A stretch of DNA of 64,000 nt, taken from positions 1,054,001 to 1,118,000 of the forward strand of contig JBLDXI010000036.1 in assembly GCA_047495785.1 (NCBI GenBank), in the 5' to 3' direction. Made by a program: the position numbers and the translations under genes. A model generated the notes under the pieces. The model was not told the DNA's origin. It worked only from the letters and a program-made list of their open reading frames with translations, and did no database searches. This DNA is from Lepidodermella squamata (lineage: Eukaryota > Animalia > Gastrotricha). The first letter of the stretch is position 1. Each line of letters opens with the position of its first letter. This document shows positions 58,340 to 64,000 of the stretch, in pieces.

Positions 58340-61300
58340 TTACCAGGTTGACGGACAGAAAGAAGCACATGCAGCTCGAAAAATAAATTTGAAAGATGAA
58401 ACTGAGCAACCCGCAGGCAGGGTCTGTTGGTATCCATAGCCATCTGCATAGGATAAAACCTCGGCACAATAGGCTTTGTGCATTCATACTATCCGATGTT
58501 AGCTTTACTATTGCAATGCACTAATTTATTTTCTTAAAGTTCGGAATTTGTCAATAAATAGCATTTGGATTTAGAATAGTAATTAGGCTTAAGGTTAGCA
58601 GTTGGCATAATTCAATAGCAGTCAGTAACGGCTTCGAGTCGATGGTTACCATTTTAGTTCATGCCAGGAAATTGGAAAGCAGCGCAATTGATCTCGACAA
58701 TTCGCAGCTGGCCCGAAGTGAGAACTTGATTGAAGATGTTGATGCAAGACAAACCCGTGCCAAGCTGATCTTGCGCATCTGCCCAGGATCTGACATAGGA
58801 CGAAAAATTGGTTATTTACGCAGTTATAGGTATAATAAACAGTTACCGCCCAATGATGAATTGACCACTTTTCGTGATGGGCCGCTGACCACTGCCTATC
58901 AAGAAACTCTGGCCGTCGGCATAAAAACTCAACTTGTCGCCGTCCGCATCGAACGTGATTGCTAAAAGCAGCCAATACTGCCTCGTCGGGCAGGTTATTG
59001 AAGTTGAATTTTGGCCGTATGGCCGAATGTTAAAAGAGTATCCTGTGGCAGTGACTTTAAGTCCCTGCGCCGTACCGTCAGGGGCGAATTCAAGTATCGG
59101 CTTGTTCGACTGAATAAAACTCGGGGCAAAAAAGGAGATGGTGAAACTGCCACTGGCGAGCTTCACTTTGTCAGAAGTTACAACTATAGGATCGGCAGAG
59201 TTGTAAAGAAATGCTGTATTCGCTACAAAAAAAGGCCCGGCAGCTGGCGTCAGAGCCGTGTTAGGAGGTGTGGCATCGGCTCTAGGATCGACAAGATCGT
59301 TGAAATCGGACACCAGGGGCCAAATAGCTGTGTTTGAGGGCAGAAAGGTGGCTAATGATTCGCGAAGCCAAGTTTTGCCGGCGTGAATTTGCGCACACTT
59401 CTTCCTCACCATCCACAATTGTTCGTAGGATAGAGCTCGATCGAAAATTGAGACACACGTTAGCTGTCCCGGAAGACTCGCGTTGTTGGCGAGGTTTCTG
59501 ATAATTTTTATGTGATTGCTCGTAATAACTGACGATGTAGTGTACCCACCATATCCTCGGCCGCAAACAAGTGTCAGCTGTTTGGAAATGTTATCATATG
59601 AGACGGCGAAGAAGACCCAAGGCTGATATTCATCAGTTCGTCCATAGCAGAAGCCCATCCTGGCTGGCCCATTTAAGCCTGTCAAAATATTACTGGCTGA
59701 ATGAAAACTACTAATATTATGCAGATTCAAATGGCTAGGATTGTTAAATAACTAGGATTCGGGCTTTTTTATTCATCCGACCTAAATCTCATAGTCCAAG
59801 TACTGACGCTAACCGTTGCAGAAAAGTAGTTTATTGAGAAACCACGAGACTCAATTGGGGAAACCTATAAACGATAGAAAACAAGGACTAAAACAAATTT
59901 AGCCATAGTTTGAAAACATTTTCAGCTATCGTAGAACTATCCACGACTTCCAGGGAGCTCAATATCATTACAACTCACCCTCCCACGCCCCACCTCCATC
60001 CAACCCGGCCCTAGACCGGGCACGAAAACTAAATATTAGCCCACTGTTTCGCCAATCGTCAATTGTGAGTTTTCGGAGCTTGTTTTAGTGGAAAGCTTTC
60101 AAAATTTACTCGCACCCCAGAACTTCCAGTTATCAGGATAATAATGTAGATCAATTTCGCTCTCACTTCATCCAGCGCCAAATTACGCACCGCTACGGAA
60201 CAGAAATTGATAATTGATATAGTTTAATAATTTGAGCGAGTCTGAGACGTCTTTCACAATATTAAAATTGAGAAACCCCGCAGAAAAAATTGATTAACAT
60301 TTCACGCAATGCTCGCAAGGGGTTTACCCAAACTGGTATAGCCACGGCACTTATTAGTTGACAGATGAATGGATTTCTGAGTTTTTCAACGACGCTAACG
60401 ATACGATCAGAAAAAAATAAAAAAAATTTACCCGCATATGTCTGTATCACGTTCGATTTAGTATTAAAATCCATCCGAAATAGCAGTTGACTGTCGTATA
60501 ACTCGAGAATTCTAACGTCAGCAGCAGAGAAATTCGCAAACCCAGCATAGAATGCGATTGTGAATGAATCATTTAGAACGAGCCGGCTACTTGCCACTTC
60601 AAAATAGCCGGCTGAATCTCCGACAGAAAGTGCCGCGTTAGGATAGTCGAATGGCCCGGCTACAAACGAGAGCGACGAGCCACCAACTATCGCTGATTCA
60701 ATATTGTTGCCACTGATATCGCGGATGCCATATTCTTGTGTCAGGGGGTAGAAAGCCAAGTCGCGGGGTAACCCGAAAGGAGTCACTATTCGAGGAAAGA
60801 GTTTCATTCACCGGAAAGACTGATAATCAATCAAACTCACGCTGATTGCACTCTTCAATCGTGGCGTACGTCGTGCTATTTGCTTGCGTCTAAATTGCAA
60901 TAACATTAACTCAGATTAACAGCAAACAATAATTGTTACCATATTCTGCGGACAATTATCTGCCACGGGAACGCACACGGCAGCCATCAGCTTCTGATTC
61001 GTGCAGAGTTTGTACTAAAACAAATAAAGTTATGTTTATCTTCTTAAATTATGTAAAGATGAAAAATTGGGGAAATTGAGAAACTTCTATGATAACTGCT
61101 TTCGCCAGAAACGTTTTTAAAACTTGAATATTGGTTCGTTTGGCGAAAGTGATTTTCAAGTTTTCAAAGCAAATACCCGAATTTCTGTCGCCGCCATCTT
61201 GCAAGCGTCGTGATTTTCTTTGAATGACGTTGAGTTGCGATAGACTGCACCCTAACATCAATAAATGGCATCAAAGTCCGAAACCAGGTCAACAGTCAAT

Positions 61301-63360
61301 TGACACGCATACCCGGGTACCACTGGGAAAAACACCATAGCACTGCTTGCCATTGCTTGTGACACATTGGACGGCTCTCTATTAAAAAAAGAAACATTCA
61401 AACGCAATCATCAATCAATAAATACCTTGTATGATGGAAAAATAAATTATTTAAAATGGAAGCCTCGAAAATTCCAAAAGGGGGCAACTATTCGCAACTA
61501 GGCTAGCATTCTGTACAACACGGAAACAAATGGATGAAGAAGGCTTGCCAACAGCAATAACTCGATGTTTTCGCCAAACGAATGCTGGAACAGCACTGTC
61601 CAGCCTGGCATCTGAGGCAACATGTTAAACCCGCGAAAGCAGACTGCCACCAAATGACCGCGAACTTCAAACTTGAAAAAAATAACTGCCTTAATGCATC
61701 TTGTGTGTCTATATGACTTGTTGTGATTCGCTGCCTTGAACCGAAGCTTCGCCTTGAGATCAAAAGGGTAACTGAACCTCGAATGAAATTAATGCCTCCT
61801 CTCTCGTTACAGACCCTGTGACTGCTGTGACGCTGAGTCGTGAGCATTGAGCCTGCAGATCCACATGAGCTAAACCCCGAGCCTTCTGCCCCTTCCGTAA
61901 GTATTTTGCGATTAATAAGCCTATATTTTCTCATTTTCCAGGCACTAAGCATTGAATTCGAGCATTGCTAAGCCTTGATCTGCCTTGATCTGCACCGAAT
62001 CGAGGACGTCACTAACTCACCGGCAATTTTCTTCTGGTATATGATCCAGTAAAGAAAAAATACGGGACCCCTCTACTTCCGGCCCCCGGTACTTCGCACT
62101 TCGAACTGTACTCGCTAGCGTTTCGGTATAACCCTCCTTTTGACAGTAATTCCATCTCGCCGTTGTTCTCTACTTGTGGTAAATAATTTATCAAGCATAC
62201 AAAATCTCGCGGTAGAATGACTTTCTCTGCGGTAAGTTCAGCTCATATCATGAAGGAAGGAGTTAGAACTGCGCGCAGCGACAAAGGGTTATCTGATTGT
62301 GTGTGCGCGCGCAGCCGCGGGCGTACTTACAATACGCGTACGTTTTACGCAACCGCTATAGTGCATGTCTTCCAATGCAAACTGTAAATCAGTTTAAAAT
62401 CGTGTGCGTGAGAGAAAACAAAGTCATTCGTTAAATATTAACTGCCTTAAGTGCTTCTACGGTAAAACTACCGTTAGTTTTACCGCAAAAGCATTATGGT
62501 AACCTTGTTTGCGTGCTGCAGTAAAATAATTACCGTCAAATTAAGAGTTATACCGAAACGCTAACGTAATGTAGTGGTCCCGTTTTGCGTCCTTGGAGAA
62601 AATCGACGAAGATCGACTGAGCTACCCCAGGCCAGGTGTATCATCCGCAAAGGGCATGAATTTTCAATGGAATGGTTGGAATTGGCCCTCCCCCTCCCCC
62701 CAATTCCCTAGGGTATTCGCCTCGCCGCTCGGGAAACATTAAGTCCCCTACAGAGATTTTATTCTCTATGCTATAGCGCACGGCATGGCTTGCGCAATGC
62801 CGGCGAAGCACGATCGAGGACGTTTCCTCATCGCTTCATTATACATACCACCCAACTAAATTCTTAAGTAACTTGATATAAATTTCAAAAACCCAGGTTA
62901 ATTTTCAATTTTGGAATTGGTTTCAACATGTCTTATGAACTGACGACAATAAATCATAAGCAATCAATTTTGAGGAAAATTCAGGGACCCTTGTATTTCA
63001 GGGACTTGAACAATTTCAGATTTACTTGTCCGGTTTGAGAATATTAAATAAAAACAACTTTTGAGCAAAATAAAAAGCCATGAATACATTTTGTAAAAAA
63101 AACTACGAAATCTAACGAATATTGGAATTTAGGAAAGCATTTAAGCTCAGAGCTCAGCTTTTTTATTTAGCATTTAGCATCACTTGAAACGTTACCCCAG
63201 TTAGGCAGTTAGCCCTGTTGGCGAATGTCGCAGACGAAAATTCACGCGTTTCAGACCCAGCCTGACAGCCTGCTGTCTCGAGGCGGCAATCGACAAAGCT
63301 TCCAGTTGACAAATCGAAGCACCTGACATGCTGCTTCTCGCTGTCTGGAACTTGCACTAT
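58340..63360 (-). CDS. Multi-exon protein with tandem LamG/concanavalin-A-like (pentraxin-like) domains; 5' part uncertain and probably extends beyond the window
   Basis: Repeated units (A)xYPL..D..AGPF..A..SFTI.F and L.C..IF...L...Q....C; Cys-rich upstream exons at ~60940-61015 and ~63195-63360. Confidence 0.6.
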
Positions 63361-64000
63361 AACAGTGCAACATAAAATGGTTCATGAAATAATTATGAGT
63401 CAATGAAAAACCTACATGTTGTCCCTGAGATGCAGAGGCTTAAATTAGCGTACGAGCTGCCACCTTCAAGCTGTGAAAAAATAATGTAAATTATGATCAG
63501 CTTGATGACAATCATTTGTTTCAAACCCAGTTCTCAGGACACGTGTAGTTGACTGGAACACATGTTTTCACCGCGCCATTGTCCGTGCAACGCTTGAAAA
63601 ATTGATTCTGAACATTAAACAAGTGAATTATTTGGATATAAATTAGCATTGATGAAATTACCGCGAATTTCGACTTCGCCTTATTGCAAGCGGCCAAGCT
63701 GTCCTTCAGCGTCGTATTCCTGAACCAATCAAGCTAAAAATTGAAATAAAAAATTGAAAAAACATCCAGTGGTAAGAGCTGGAATTCCACCTCGATTTCT
63801 CTGTCAGCGGCTGGTTCGCCAGTTAATTTGCAGTTGCCAAGACCGGGATTGCAACGTGGTGTTAGGGTGCCGTATTTGTAGCACATTTTAGCATTCTGTT
63901 TTTTAGCAATAATTAACAGTGGCGAGACCTAAATTTGAATTTTCTTACCCCTGATCGGCAGGATTCCAAGTCTGGGAACAAGGGACCCCACTGTATTCAA

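Overview
Eukaryotic (invertebrate animal) genomic DNA with compact ~50-nt spliceosomal introns and an interstitial (TTAGGG)n tract; the species cannot be identified from this window. Positions 1-43 kb hold a tandem family of six secreted-protein genes that share a signal-peptide exon and an upstream motif but have hypervariable mature regions. Several members are built from symmetric 27-42-nt micro-exons. This region is heavily invaded by transposons: a full-length I/Jockey-group LINE with a 13-bp TSD, a poly(G) tail, an AUG-less ORF2 and a structured 3' UTR; a NOF/Mutator-like element whose transposase ends in an OTU protease domain; an apparently intact three-intron piggyBac; and many MITEs. 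Positions 46-64 kb are gene-dense: a receptor tyrosine kinase, two glycosyltransferase-like genes, two CHST-type sulfotransferases and a LamG/ConA-like gene. The top finding is the RTK. Manual splicing gives signal peptide + complete GH65/PGGHG-like (acid trehalase-like) glycoside hydrolase ectodomain with degenerate catalytic residues + TM + intact tyrosine kinase, an architecture I do not recognise from known RTK classes. All gene models were spliced by eye and all family calls come from recalled motifs, not database searches.
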